A stretch of DNA of 64,000 bases, from contig OZ234493.1 of assembly GCA_965153455.1 (NCBI GenBank), positions 31,362,213 through 31,426,212 on the forward strand, given 5' to 3'. The translations under genes and the position numbers were made by a program. The first letter of the stretch is position 1. Each line of letters opens with the position of its first letter. Shown here piece by piece: positions 49,954 through 64,000 of this stretch. The stretch comes from Sphagnum compactum (lineage: Eukaryota). The notes beneath the pieces were generated by a model. It was given only the letters and a program-made list of their open reading frames with translations. It searched no databases and was not told where the DNA came from.

Positions 49954-52900
49954 GATGCGTGTCGAAGATTACCGGCGGCAACAACAGCAGCTAGCGTCGA
50001 TCGATCGGGAGAGAGCAAAATCAAAGGCGAAGTTGGGAAGAAGAAAGAAAGACAAGACAAGACAAGAGCAGCTCGACGGCAGCAGCAGGAGTGGCGCCAA
50101 ACCGTAACAAGAAGATTCTGACCTTGCACCCTCACAGATTCCAACCGGAATGTCGTAGGTTTCTTGACTCCGTTCCAGGGCGTAACTTTCGTATGCGGAC
50201 CAGAATGGGCGCTGTCAGAGACTCAACAAGGACTCAGAGTCCCACAGTGGAACTCTTTTCTCAAAATTATTTATATATACCCATGTCATGTCTTGAATGA
50301 ATGAAAAAATGGAAGGATAATTGACTATTACAATGGTGGTGCACAAGTTATTGAACTTTCCGTAGTATTTTCTTTCATTGGGAAATTCATTCAATAAAAA
50401 TCAAAAAAATCGTATCTCCACGGGAAATTGGATTCACAGAACATAAGGTTTAAAACTCATATACTTTGTAAAATTTATGTTACAATATTGTTGTCAATGG
50501 CACCTGCCACACTAGTTGAGTTGAATATCCTAGTGTGGGCTCAAAGAGCTTGAAGTTATGAAAATATGCTTGAAATATGCCTATCCCCAACATTTGTATT
50601 AACAAATGTTGGGTGGGTATGTCCATTTCAACATGCCAATTCGGATACTCAATTTTTACATTGGGTATGAACATGAGCTTTCAAAAATTATTTTGAATGG
50701 ACATATGGTAAATAGGTTGATAATTGAACATTTAGTGTATTGGTCACCTCGCTCTCACTCAATAATGGCCCTTTGTCTTTTAGTGTCAAAAGGCAAAGTG
50801 TGGAGCATTTAGAGGGCACATTTGTAATATTTTAAATTGTTCCTAAAGGTTAAGAAATGAGGAAGATATGACTCCCCAAAAGTTTAGGAGGTTAGAATAA
50901 AACCCACACACACACACAAGTTGGCACTTAAAAATAAAACAAAAAATATTCATGATATAATAACTTTAAGATGCTATCCATAATAAAGTACACCATGATT
51001 ATCCAAAATGTATATGCACAGATTATATGTTCAAGCATAATTTGATTAATTTGAATCCAATAGAAATTCATAAGCAAAGGAAATCATCTAATGCATGCAT
51101 CCGACAAGGTATATTTGCAATGAATAGTTAATAACCTAGTAAAACTATGCAATGAAAAATCAAATATCTAAACTAGTTTAGAATATCTCATAGTTCCATT
51201 GCCACCTAAGTTCACCTAATTTTAGCCTTAATTGCTCAAGGTTTAAAAGACCTTTGGTTGCACTTACCCTTATGCATTTTTTTAGACACATCAATAATTG
51301 AGAAAAAATAAGAATTGGGCAATCACCTTAATGGTATTTGTGTGTTCCAATAGGTATAATTTTGGCAATGACTCCAAGTTTAGATGTATTTCTATTAATA
51401 ATCCTTAACATCGCATGCTCCAAAGGCAATACACAAGAATTACAAAGATGTTTTGGTCATTTTTGGTATCTAAAGTACCAAGGTCCAATTTTTTTAAAGG
51501 TTTATCAAAATTTTATCATTATGTCAACCTTTTTTTATATTTTTATTTAGTTTTATTTTATCATACCCGAGATACAAAACGGATGATATTGATGGAATTT
51601 AGAATTGTGATGATCTAAAATATTATATTATCAAATATTTGATACTTTTTGATTCATTAATATTGATGGGAATCAAAAAAATATAAAGAAGGACTTTGTT
51701 AAGGATTAAGTCCTTTTCGTCCTTAATGGTAGACCTTACATGATTCTCATGTATCATGTAAATAAGTTGATACGAATTCATCCCAAGTAAAAATTACTTG
51801 GGCATCAAATCTATATGTATACATGATGAGTCGAAATGAAGTAATAAGAGCCAGCTTGAACATAATTAATGCATTTTTGACACGTTCATAAGTCTCAAAA
51901 ATTAAAATAATGTTAAAAATGTGTGTTATATTTGTGTAACTTTTTTTAAATATATCAATTTAACATTTGGATAAGTTTGAAAATAATCCAATAAATGTAA
52001 TATATTTTTCATTACATATTAAATTTTATACCAAATATTTTGTTTACTTAAAATAATATGACACAATATAAAAACACTATCTAAACACAATGTTCAACAT
52101 TATTTTTATTTTTTTGACCAATCTCTGGGGGGACACTAGTATATATAAATAAATAAATAATACAAGAATAAAAATATAAGGTGCAATATATTGATTGTTG
52201 GGTAAAAAATATTCAAATAATCAATTTAATTATAATATAAGGTATGTAATAATTTAAAATAATGAATTATAATTAATATAAGGTGGCTTCAATATGTATA
52301 TATTAAAAAATTAGATAATAATAAGGTGATAAAAAATAGGTTGGACAATTATCTAATACCCCCTATAAATGATCGTTTGATGCATGTAGATTTCAAACTT
52401 GACATTAATTGTCCCCCTTGAAGACCAATCCCATGTTGCCACATCATTTAGTAATAAGACTAGTCATAAGTAACACAATAGGCACCAACAACTCTCATTA
52501 CCCCATTTTTACTTTGATTTGATAATCCCTAGTCCACATGTGTATGTTTGTTTCATACACATTAAAAATTTGGTAAGACACCATTTATACATTAGCCTAT
52601 TTCCTTACTATACACATGAATTTTTGTTGAATTACCATTTATATTTGATAGTCTTGCATTATGCAAATCAAAACACATCCAATTTATTAGGTTATAATCC
52701 ATTCTACAAGAGCTTAAAAACCAAGTTGTAAGATTTTTGAATTTGGGAAATTTTATGATTAACCAAATTGAATGATAGGAGTTGCAATATGGATATAGCC
52801 ATATATAATCTATAGTAGTTTAGGTTGATGTTACCAAAACGTTATTCATTTGAATAATAGGTTAAAGGCCCTCTTAGTTTTACTAACCAATTTCAAATGT

Positions 52901-53431
52901 GAGTTTACTTGAACTTATAATGCACAATGCAAAAAGAAATGGGCTTGGGCATAGTGATTTATTTTTCAAATTACAAATGTTGCATCATTGGCTATCATCC
53001 CAAGAGGGATTTAACAATAAATGGCAACATGTTCTTAGAACCTATCTAAACAATAAAAAAAACTATGAATTAATTTTAAACTACTGCCAAACTAAAAGCA
53101 AAGTCAATTTTCTAGAAAAAAAAAATCTTTCTTGAAATTTGGTGATTATTTAAGAAAAAAAAGAATATTATGATAAAATATTCTTTTTTACTTTTATTTT
53201 TAAAAAAATTTGAAATTTTTTGCACCAAAAAAAACATTGGTGGCCATGGAAAAAGTTTGTGGATTAACAACATGCTAAAAAATCTAGAATGTCAATCATG
53301 TCAACATGGATTCTATATGTCATTTTACATATTTTACTTATTGTTAGACAAATTTTTACAAGACATTAATTACCTATCCAGCTCATTTGACTGAAATATT
53401 TTCTTTATATCATATATTTATTCTTAAAATA

Positions 53432-53586
53432 CCCCAAATTGGGGGTACTAATCCTTAGTTTTGCAAAAATGGGGATGAAATCAAAAGTTAGGATGAAAAC
53501 AATACATAGGGAAAAGAGGGGACCAAACTAGTTTTCTAACTTAAAATTGGTCCTCACAAGAATTTCACCTCTAGTTTTGGAATTGC
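53432..53586. repeat. Dispersed repeat, direct copy at 63541-63715
   Basis: Both copies contain CCCCAAA(T/C)TGGGGGT.CTA..CC.AGTT ... ACCAAACT..TTTTCT.AC.TAAA(A)TTGGTCCTCACAAGA.TTTCACC..AGTTTTGGA.TTGC. Confidence 0.8.
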
Positions 53587-56500
53587 CTCACATGCACTTT
53601 CACAACTACTCCTATTCTTCATTAATTTAACTCTTGTTAGAACAAAAACATGCAAATATGGTGACTTGATACCTAGTTTCATAAAATGGTACCTTGTTTC
53701 AATCCCTTTATAACTACACTCAAATTGAGAATGAAAAGGGATAATAAGGTCAATTTAGGGCCCAAATATATCTTGACTTTAGGGATAACTTGGGTAAATA
53801 GGCTAATGAACGAACACACATGCTCTTAAAAAGCCTTGGTTGATTCTCTCATCACTTTCAGCCCTAGAGGATCGAACGGTCTCAATAGTCCTTTACTTGG
53901 TGCCCCTATAGTCATTTACAAATCTCCATTTGGGTTTGAAATGTTTCAAAATAAGTGGGTCAAAAAATAGTCCGACCTCTTGTGAACAAATATCTTTCAA
54001 TGTGCAACTAAAATGCATCTTATAACTATGCATGCCAAACTTCATACACAAATAGTATCCTTCCTATTCCCAAATGATGTGGATTTTATTCCAAACAATT
54101 CTATTTACAACAAAAACACTTGTGCATAGGTACAATTTGCCTTTCAAAAAGTGAAAAAATGAGGATTATGAAGAATGACTACTCATTACCAAAACACAAA
54201 GAGAGAAATGAATAGGGGAAGTATTTTGACATAAGGGAGTGGGAGTTTTAGAGCCCATTGACAAACACAAAACAACATCTCCAAATGGAAGGTTTATAAA
54301 CCCCAACCAAAAGTTTTGATTGGTCATTTGATTTTAGAATATCATTGAACAATTACCAACAAAGCAATAGGCAATGTTTGCTAATATGCCATCTTTTGAA
54401 TTGTTTGGGTGCTTATTCACTTTGCTAATGTGCCATCTTCTACATTGTTTGGGTGCTCACTCACTCATGGGTGTTCAATGATGGGTGGTTCTACCCTAAT
54501 CCACTTTTAAAAGAGGAAAATTATAGGTCTTTGCAACACTTTTGTCACGCGAGCTTTTCCAAAGCCTAATTCTGGTCAAATGCATTTTATTTCAAAAATT
54601 CCAATGGCAGTTATTGTATTGATCCTCATTCAACCACACTTTACATGACATGAATTTTGGCATTTTGGTTTCTTATGAACTTCGATAGTGGTCTTATTGA
54701 ACAAGTATTGGTGCATAATATGCAGGGGCTTGAAGATTGCATCAACACATTAGGTAGTCTATTGGCTTGGACTCATGGTCACCTTTGCAAATGGTCTTGG
54801 GGGTTGAATTAAACATTATGCCAAGCTCAAAGTATCAACATTAAACGACTTAATTATTACCGGGATTAATTTGTAAGCTTATTGTCCAAATTGTGGGAAA
54901 CTAGTGGGGTTCAAGTCTGTCGAGGAAGAATCGAGCAATGATGTTGTCTTCTTATGGTGATTAGAAAGTGTCCAACTTCAAAAAAGGTATAATAGCCTAA
55001 TCTTAAATCTGAAAAAAAAAATTAGTTAAGTTTGTTCAGAAAACTTCATGTCATTCTTCTTGAGTTGCTAAGGATTAGGAGTCATGTTTGGAGACCTAAA
55101 TGGTGGAAGGTTTAGGGTCAATTATGCAAAATCCTAGGAGTCTAACTAAGTGTTGCTATATAACATTTTTGTCTTCTAGAACTTTTAAGTCTATTGTCAA
55201 GTTACTCCTCAACAAGTAATAATATTCCACCATCCTGCTATTTGGATTTGCTATGATTGACAAAGTGAGGCATAAATTTAAAGAGTTTGCATCCAGCTTT
55301 AGTAACCAAAGTGTTTTGAATTATTGCTGCAAAAAAGGAATAAGTTACATTGACAAAATAGAACTCCAAAAATGACCACAAATAGTTTATCATTATTATG
55401 GAAGTCCCATTGATGTATTTTTCCCATCCTTCTTTGTGTTTTCCTATTTTGCTTTAACATTTTTTTTTTGTTTTGCTCATGAGTGTTTTCCTATTTTGTT
55501 TTCACATTTTTTTGTTTTTGCTCATGAGCAAGGTGTGAGACACATTTAGAATCAAGGCTAAGTATGAAGATTAGGAAAATGTGGAATTTTGATGAACCAT
55601 TCATCTTGACAAATTGAGAGTAAAGTACGAGCGTTGGAATATTTAGTGTGGTTGCCCCGAGTTGGTGGATTCCGTTCAAATTATTGAGGTCAAATAACTC
55701 ATGGGCAAACCAATGGGTGTGTTTATAGTAACATTTCATCTGAGTTTATGTTTTAAGTTTAATAATATCAACACGCACTAAATTTTATCTAAAAGGAAGA
55801 GAATGTTATTAATGAACACAAGCTCCATTTTTCCATAAAGTATAACTGAAGTCTCCATTTGGGTATCCAACAAATCCTTTCTAGCATCTTTGTTTGCTTC
55901 GTTCATAACCATCTTCTTCAATCTCCACCAAGTCCTCTTGGTGAAGAATTACAGTGTCACACCAACTTGCGCCTCATTGTTAAAAACAATGTCTTTTTTA
56001 ATTTGTCTCCCATTGTTACAAAAGCAATTTCACAATGCTTAGAAGGGATCCGAGCAGAAAATGCATTCCTTTTCTGTCAAAGTTCCAAAACAACATTCTG
56101 GGTGCTAATGTGCACTCCAGAATGTGTTATTTATGCATTTGATTCCATAAGAAAACAATCAGTGTTTTTACAATAAAGGATGAAAAGGAACCCCAAAAAA
56201 GTGAAGAAAAAACTTGAAAAGACTCCAAATCTCCTACCACAACAGGATAATTTCCAAGTTGAACTTTTTTTCCATTTAGCCAGCTTTCAAAAATCCTTCC
56301 AAAAATTCTGTTTTTTTGCCTTTCCATCTAAAACTCCTCCTGAAAATTCTATAATTCTAGTGTATCATATAACAAGTCCTTATTTTTATACTAGTGCAAC
56401 CCAAGTTAATAAGCTGGTTTTCCAAAACAAGAGTTGACATGTCTACTGTGTTATGCACTACAGCCTCAAAGCCAAACCCAATTTGATATATACACATGAT

Positions 56501-57586
56501 TAGTCCTGCTGGCCAAAATGTGTCTAACTTGAATTAAAAACAAATAGCAAAACTTGCAACACAACAGTAATGCAACCAATATATCCTAACCAGAGCTCAA
56601 GATAGATCTCTCTAATCACAGGCTCAGACCCATTTGCCACACAAAGCCTGCACCCTAGAAGGAAGCAATTTCTGAAAATGGAACTGAAAAATGCATAGAA
56701 GTATGCTAGGATAGTCACAAGATCTGGAGGACAGGTGACATGAAATGAGCCAGATTCATAAACCAGCCCTTCAAATTCTCTCTATAGTCCCCATTTTCAT
56801 GTTCAAAGTTTGAATCATGCCACAGAAAAATGACACAAATTCAATGTACTCAAGGGACTTGGAAGTCATAACTCCTAACTGAAAGAAGATTTATCTTCAG
56901 TGAGGGAGGAGCATTGAGTAAAGGCCCAGGGGCCCTAATACCGTAGTCATGCTGTTACCACCAGGTAGAGAGCATTGACATGAGCAACTGTTGCAGTTTG
57001 AGCACCTCATCGACTTGAGTCAACAGTAAATTTACCCAGTAACATCACACCAAGAATTTCTGATCCTCAACACACTGAAGAAGTCAACAGATGTCTTTCA
57101 GCTAGGCAAGGTAATGTATTCTTGCCTCATAATGTCCATCCCAGCTCCTGTCAAACATAAAGATGCTAGACTGATGCATCATGACCTTGGCTCATAAAAA
57201 AATTGTATAAGAAATCAAGAGGCCACCCAAAACTGGCCATGGAGCTTGTCACAAGTAGCATCACATGGCTGGGTAAAATTGCAGCTCCACTCCATCTCAG
57301 ATACTTGGTGTTCAATTCACCAGGTAGACCCATTGGTCTCTCTGGTCCAACAATATGCAATACTACACTGCCAGTCCTTGGCACACCAAACTAGTCTCTA
57401 CACAAATTGCTCATGTAAACTGAATTTGCAGTGTACATGAACAGTCTATTATTGGATGTGCATGCCACCCCTGACTGTTTTGAATATTGAATTCCTGTTT
57501 GGGGCTGTGGACAGATCTTTGCATACAACAAACCCCAATGGCAGCAACATATATGCCATTATAGAATTTTCTTCCTAAATCTCCAA

Positions 57587-60231
57587 TCAATGAGTGTATT
57601 CTGCCTTCTCATAACTGGGCACTAAGTCCAAAAGTTGGAAGGCTGCACCTCGTGTAAATTTCCTAGCAAATAAGTAGCAGGGTCTAGGCTGTCCTTCAGA
57701 GCTGCACCATTCAATTCGCGACTCGGTGTCATAACGGACATTGTTGATGTTCTGTCCCACCCACCATTCAGTGATCAGAAAAGAGTTTGACACAACTAGG
57801 ATCAGTGGAGACTAGACCAGCAACATTCAATTGGTCTCCAGAAAAGTGCAATTCATTGTAGATAAAACAGCCAGTTCAAATACACTGCCCAAACTAGATT
57901 ACATTAATGCAGCTTTGTGATTTGAAAACTATCACAAGAACACTCATTCAAGAGCATCAAAATAAAGAGCACAGATTCACAGTCAATTTCACTGTCTTGC
58001 CATGCAGATGTCTTGTGTCAGCTACATTGCTGAACCCACACACCTGCAATCCTCACCTGTCCTGACTAGACAAAAAACTGTTCAAGAAGTGCTAGGTCTG
58101 GATGGATTTAAATTGGCTACAATCTTTAGACAGGGGAGCAATGTACCTGAATATTTGTAATAGTTTTAAGTGTGGCATCTGCAGCGTTGAAGGTGACAGG
58201 ATGCCATCCTTCCCGTCCTTTTCCACTTTTAGAGTTTTCCCACCAGGTGTATGTCAATGTTCGCCGTTCAATTTCTGTCTCCATTTCTTGCATCTATTTT
58301 CCCCCATGTGGCCACATCGAATGGTCAAAAAACTGTCAACCACATTTACTAAATTCCAACAGATCAAGAAATCATAGCATGCTACAATTGCCTACCAACA
58401 TGTGGACTTAAATGTGTTGTTGCCCTTGTTCTTCATGTTGGTCATTCAATTGGTTTTTGACAGAGCTGTGATCACAGCTCAACACAGCATTTTTGAAAGT
58501 AACAAAAAAATCTTAGTAGAGACTTTGCCATATTGATAAATCTCCATAGATCACTTCAAACATACAATTGGCTGCAAAGTTAGGGAGAGACTCACTGCTA
58601 ACAGAGTTTGTATGTAGTGCTCATCAGGTATGCAGTTTTCCTGTGTCTTATTCACCTGAAATCGCAACAGTGGAATAGAAGTGAGTTCCAGGATTGTCAT
58701 GGAAATGTTGCCCTCAGTAATATTGTGTAAGTGTGGTGTCCAGATGGCCAGCACTAAACTTCTCAGAAAATACATCCCATCACCTACTTCTTCCCCTCTA
58801 GAGAGATGACAGAGAAAGTTATGGTACTGGACAAAGCAAGACAGTGCACATCCCTTGGAGGCTGTGCAGAGACAGTCAAAATCATAGAGTGACAATAAGG
58901 AGAGTCTCTCACCACAGTGTGTTCAGTCCAAACCTCTGGCAGTATCACTTTCTGCATCCAGCCAGCCAGCCATGCACTCCATGTCCTGTCAGCTGCTGTC
59001 TTGCAGCAACAACACTAGTACACTAACAGACCCCCTGTTAAGGTAGACATGACCATGTTCAATGGACAACACCGACAGACAACTGCAATATCTCCTGAAG
59101 CAGAAAACCATGTAGTCAATGATAGGAAGACCCTCCATTCCCCTCTAGATCAAATTCATCCTGCAGTTCTATTTTGGCATGCAAAAACACAATATACTCT
59201 TGGGAGGGTTTCATTCTCCTTGCTAGTAATTCACTCAGCAAAACAAACACAAGAAGTTGCCCAAAGACAGGCAGAGCTAGATCAAGGAAAAAATATACCT
59301 TGCAATGGTTCTGGAAAACAGGGAAAACCAAGGAGTCTGTGACAATTTTTTCTGCATGCTTCCGGATCAGCACAAACCACTGTCCCACCCACACACCAAA
59401 ATCCATCATGTGTGAAACATCAGATTTCCTTCTTTTAATGCCCCCAGTGTTGCTCTGTTAATCTGCACTAAGAGGATCATATTGCACCAAGAGCAAGAGA
59501 CACAGTATCCTCAATGGGTTCGACTTTGATAACAATCATAATATTTGCAGTCATCCAACCAACAGTTTAAAGATAAGACACACAATACATCACCTACCTG
59601 TGATCCTTTGCGCCAAGCCCCTTTTGGAATCACAGAACTCATTTTGGAGTTGTACTGTGTGTCATTGTAGTCAACAAAACTGTCTACCCCAGCAGCCCAG
59701 TCCAACTTCATCAATTCTGTAGCCAATGACTTCTGACAAAGGACCATTAGTGACTGAAACCATAAATCTTTAAGCAGTGGGTCTTCATGCAATCCTAGCC
59801 AATCCATTGTTCTCCACATTGGTGACTAAAACAAGGCCAGATGTCCAGAATGTGTGGGAACCCAGAACTGCCTACCTGTCTACAAAGCTCTTATGCGAGG
59901 ACATGACATAGTTGTAGACATAGCCAAAATTGTAGAGAGGAATGCAGCTGCACAATTCCAGGCATCTGATGTGTCAACACATCTTCATGGTACCTATTCA
60001 GATTTTCTCCAGACTTATGATTTAGGTCAAGCTGACTTGAATTGAGAGATGAACCAAAAATAAGGGTACAGAAATGTCAAATGTCAATATCTGCAAACCT
60101 TCATGCATGCCGACATTGCATTGCACAGAGAGAGAAACAGTTTACAAATGTTCATACATGAGTTCATTTAATTTAGCTGGGAAATAATAGTCTCCTTCTG
60201 CTCTGCTTCTTGTGAGAGAATTTCATGTAAG

Positions 60232-60262
<31 letters not shown>

Positions 60263-61239
60263 CCTGTCTGACAGAAGCAAGAAGCGCAGATTAAGAGGAT
60301 CTTGCAAGGCTGCCAACAACAGCAACCGCTCTGCTTCAATCATGGTTGCCTCTCCCCACCCTACCTGCAGACAAGTGTTATCATCACCACTGCATTTCAA
60401 ATTACTTGATGCTGCAGCAAACCAGCGCAAGACACAAAAGAAGTACATAATCATAAAGAGAACTTCCATCACCATATTCTTCTTCACAGTTAGGAAAAAA
60501 GTACAAGTACCATCATGTAGCAAAGGCAAACCAAAGAATTTTCTAGATCGGAAAGCTCCCGACTTCAATTACTCAGACAATGATGTGCCACAGTGTTCAT
60601 GAACACATACCTGAATGGGCTTTTTGATCTGGCGATTGATAAAGGCATGGCATTTGGTCACTGTCTTGGTGTACACATATCCAGGCCTTGCATGGATATA
60701 GACACTGTATTCATGCTCATGTGACCCCTGTTATGTAACCCCAACTTAGTCCTCTTGAGGCTTCAGCTCTTAGGTATTATCAGAGCATCTCAGAAACTCT
60801 AAACATGGAGTAGGTACTCTAGAACTCTCAGCATATCCGAAATAGCAGAATCCAGACAAATGAAAGGCCTAACTTATATGAAACCTACACTGATGTGCAT
60901 CAGAAAGACTTTCAAATGCAAGAATTTCAGCAAATGGAAAGGGATAGGACGCAGCATAAAAAATGTTATTGTGCGTACCTCGAAGAAATGCTGCCAAAGA
61001 ATGTCCAGTGGCATGGATTCACGCGCCAGAAACATAAAGGCTAACTTCGGCTTGGTTGAATTCCGGTACTCAGCACTACTAGTGTCCCTGTGACTTGTGA
61101 GCAACACATCGTCCAAAGAGTTGTCCAGAACCAAGGACTGCAGTTTGAAAAGGAATAAGATGACGAGACTAATTCCCACGCACAAGACTGCCCCAGCCCT
61201 CCATCTCCAGCGCGGATAACCAGACACTCTCTTCTTCAT
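57587..61239 (-). CDS. BC10-like glycosyltransferase (DUF266 / GT14-like, Core-2/I-branching 'Branch' family), type II membrane protein, 10 exons, 374 aa
   Basis: Exons: 60979-61239, 60611-60727, 60264-60364, 59876-59947, 59598-59679, 59299-59379, 58913-58951, 58596-58655, 58147-58293, 57587-57751. Total 1125 nt, all GT-AG, phases consistent. N-terminal TM segment AVLCVGISLVILFLF. Motifs: KPKLAFMFLAR, YSVYIHARPG, VGWGEATMIEAERLLL, FLLLSDSCIPLYNF, WRKGSQWFVLIRKHA, CIPDEHYIQTLL, GWHPVTF, CYLFARKF. Confidence 0.95.
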
Positions 61240-64000
61240 GGTTGCGCCACCCGTCCCGCCCGCCAACCCCGCTCGCCGGCAACTCACAACCTACCTTCAA
61301 ACGTCACAATGCGCCTACTCACATTTCTCACCAAAACTTCAAACCCCCTCTCCCTCGTCCTCCTCATTCTCTGTTCCCATTTCCGTTCCACTTCCTCTCG
61401 TTCTCTTTTCCAGATCATCCCAACTGCTGCTCATTTCCCTTCTTTCTTTCATTTCTCTATTTCTCTGCTGCATCATCAGGCATACATACTCTCTTTCCTC
61501 TTCGTAAAAAAAAAACTAACTCACTCACTCACTCACCCGCTCTCCAAAATTCTAGACCACAAAACGTCCTCAGAAACCGAAAAAAAACACACACACACAA
61601 ACACAATAGGGTTGGTTGTGCATCAAGGTCCTGGCGAGTCCCACACGCATATCACGTGAAAATGGGTACTAAAACTGGAGCATTCGAGGAGGACGAGGAG
61701 AAGAAACGGAGGAAAAGGGAAGGAACCAAAATAAACTGACACCTACCCAGCAAAGAAAGAATGGAAGCAATGCATGAAAACCCGCGAGAAATGGGAAGCA
61801 CAACAAGCGCTGGCAGCAGACAAATGCCAAAGGACAAAAAAAAGCGGGAGCCGTGAAGCGCTAGTAACTTCACGTATTAGTGTGTCGTGTACAGAGGAGC
61901 GTAAGCTTTCGGTTGGTTGTAGGTCGAGGTAGGCCCTGGGGGGGGCCAAGCAGGGTTAATTATGTATTTATTTATTAGTAAGTAATAATTAGTTAATTAA
62001 TTAATTAACCAATGAACGAACTTACAGAGGTAAAATGTGTAAGTTGGTCTTTTAAATTATTTTAAATTAATTATTTTTAATGCAAGTTAGTTTTCGGTTT
62101 TCTGTTGTTGTCCGGAGGGTTTAGGGTGTGTGTGTGTGTGTCTAGGGTAAAGTCCAGCCCCCCTTTTTTTTTCCCTTTCCCCCCTCCCCGCCTCTCTCAA
62201 AGGTCCCGATTATTTCACCAAGTGTGAAGTCCTCAATTACATTCCAAAAAGGAATATGCACTTTTTTTGGATATTTGTATGTACGGAATCTAGTCTGTAA
62301 GTAGATTCTAAACAAAGGTGTCATGAACATGGTGGCCCTACCCTATACATGAATGAATTAGGGATCAATTTTGATGATTGTACTCATTATATCTGATTTT
62401 GAGTCAATAACTTACATGAGTTTCCAGAAGTTATGAAGCCCTAATACACAAGAATTGTTGTGTTTGTTTGTTGGTATACAATCTTTGCTAAGTTATGGGT
62501 TTTGCTGCTTCTTCATCTACAACCTCCAACCTCCTCCTATCTCTTCATTTGTTCTTCTTAAGTTATTGCTACCCAGAATCCAGCCTATGCACCTCAATCA
62601 CCCCATGTGGTAGACGACTTGCAATAACCTCAAGGGTTGATACTTAGATTTTCAGATATCATATTTGAGATACTTGATTCATTAAGAACTGGGTTTTTTT
62701 TTTTTTTTTAATTTAAAATTTTGATACCCAAGTTAGGTTAGATGAGTTACCCCCAGGTTCGGTTCTTAAGGGTTTAAGGAGCAAGGAGTGTAGGAGTAGA
62801 GAGATTAGAGGAGTTGGGTGTCTAAGAATAGGGGTCTAGGAGTAAGGATTAGAGCTTCATAATGAACCTTGCTGATTTGTTTAGGGTGTCCTTCCTAAGT
62901 GGAGGAAGGAACCTTGCGCTGATATTAAGGGCCATTGTTAGGATTGGGCCCGGCTTATTATATTCCTTCCCTCCACTTTTGGGGAATTTCCAAAAATGGA
63001 ATTATACCTGGCAGCAGGTCTTTACGTCAGGTAAAGCCGTTGGTCGGTGGAGGGCATTACCGAAATTGGGCCTGCACTTTAGCTATCACCTCGTGTGCCC
63101 TTATTTTGGTGATGGCCTCCACCTAGGGCTTTTACCCTACACATAAAAGACCCACAGCTTGGGGCTTTTACCTAGCCCCAAAGGACCCTAATATGCATCA
63201 TTTAAAAATAATAATAGACTTTGCACTTGAGCTCTTTGCTGATAGCAAAAAGTGGTCTATTTTTGGATTGTACTTTGAAAGTAGGGAGTATGGTACCAAT
63301 TTCAGTTTCAAAATAACATTGCCACTCTTAGAGAATACTTTTGGTGCACATCCAAAACCCAAATTGGCTGCCACTATTTTTGGCCTTGACTAATAGCCCT
63401 TTGTAAGAACACCCTACCCTACCTATTATTATTCGGTTTCAATTTTGTTGTGGGCTACAGAATGTACAATTTTATTTTTTTGGCCACCATTAGATATTCT
63501 CACAAGTTTTGAAAGCAAATAGAGTTTTGAGTGTAAGTATCCCCCAAACTGGGGGTGCTAGGTCCCAGTTATGCCCCAAAACTGGGCACCCAATCAAAAA
63601 TGTCAGGACCATAATAGGTAATAGTACACAGCAAGGAAACAAAAAGGGGGAACCAAACTGATTTTCTCACCTAAATTGGTCCTCACAAGAGTTTCACCCC
63701 CAGTTTTGGATTTGCATTATCCCACCCACCTAGCCACCCCTCATCTATTTATCTACCCACCAACATTTTAAACAGGTACCTACCAAACCCCACCTACATG
63801 GTTACACCTACCTACCTGGTCGGCATTCCAATAGACCCAGTCCAATAGAGCCTCAACAGTTGAAAACAATGAGGAAAGAATAAAATGAAGAGATTACATG
63901 GAACTTGGTCTTGTTCATTGAAGCAAAGTAATAAAAGCACGATTAACATATTTGTCACCCCTTATGTAAGGATATAACAAACAAACATTAGCTATAAACA

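Noticed and set aside
54711-54760. Minus-strand peptide LQAPAYYAP, reminiscent of the Argonaute PIWI motif PAYYA
   Set aside because: A five-residue match only. Flanking residues do not fit and stops surround it.
59132-59160. Candidate extra exon (DEFDLEGNG) in glycosyltransferase intron 6
   Set aside because: The phase is incompatible and the donor is weak. The 39-nt exon at 58913-58951 (KVILPEVWTEHTV) fits the family sequence instead.

Overview
AT-rich eukaryotic nuclear DNA from a land plant. The intron style and repeat content look bryophyte-like (Sphagnum-type), but that assignment is inference only. Two intact multi-exon genes on the minus strand were spliced by hand. One encodes chaperonin CCT/TRiC beta subunit (CCT2; 11 coding exons, 44221-49953, 529 aa, last intron GC-AG). 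The other encodes a BC10-like DUF266/GT14-like (Branch family) glycosyltransferase (10 exons, 57587-61239, 374 aa). The first ~900 bp look like the leader and promoter of a third minus-strand gene running off the left edge. Positions ~1-44 kb contain no intact gene and are full of decayed DNA transposons: two related hAT elements, PIF/Harbinger transposase and Myb/SANT remnants, Tourist-like MITEs with TAA target duplications, foldback repeats and dispersed repeats. The most notable object is a 7.6-kb hAT element (21056-28682) with TIRs and an 8-bp TSD. Besides its transposase pseudogene it carries a captured COQ10 exon, a LEA-like fragment and ~3.5 kb of possible decayed coding sequence I cannot identify. 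No rRNA, intact tRNA or CRISPR array was found.
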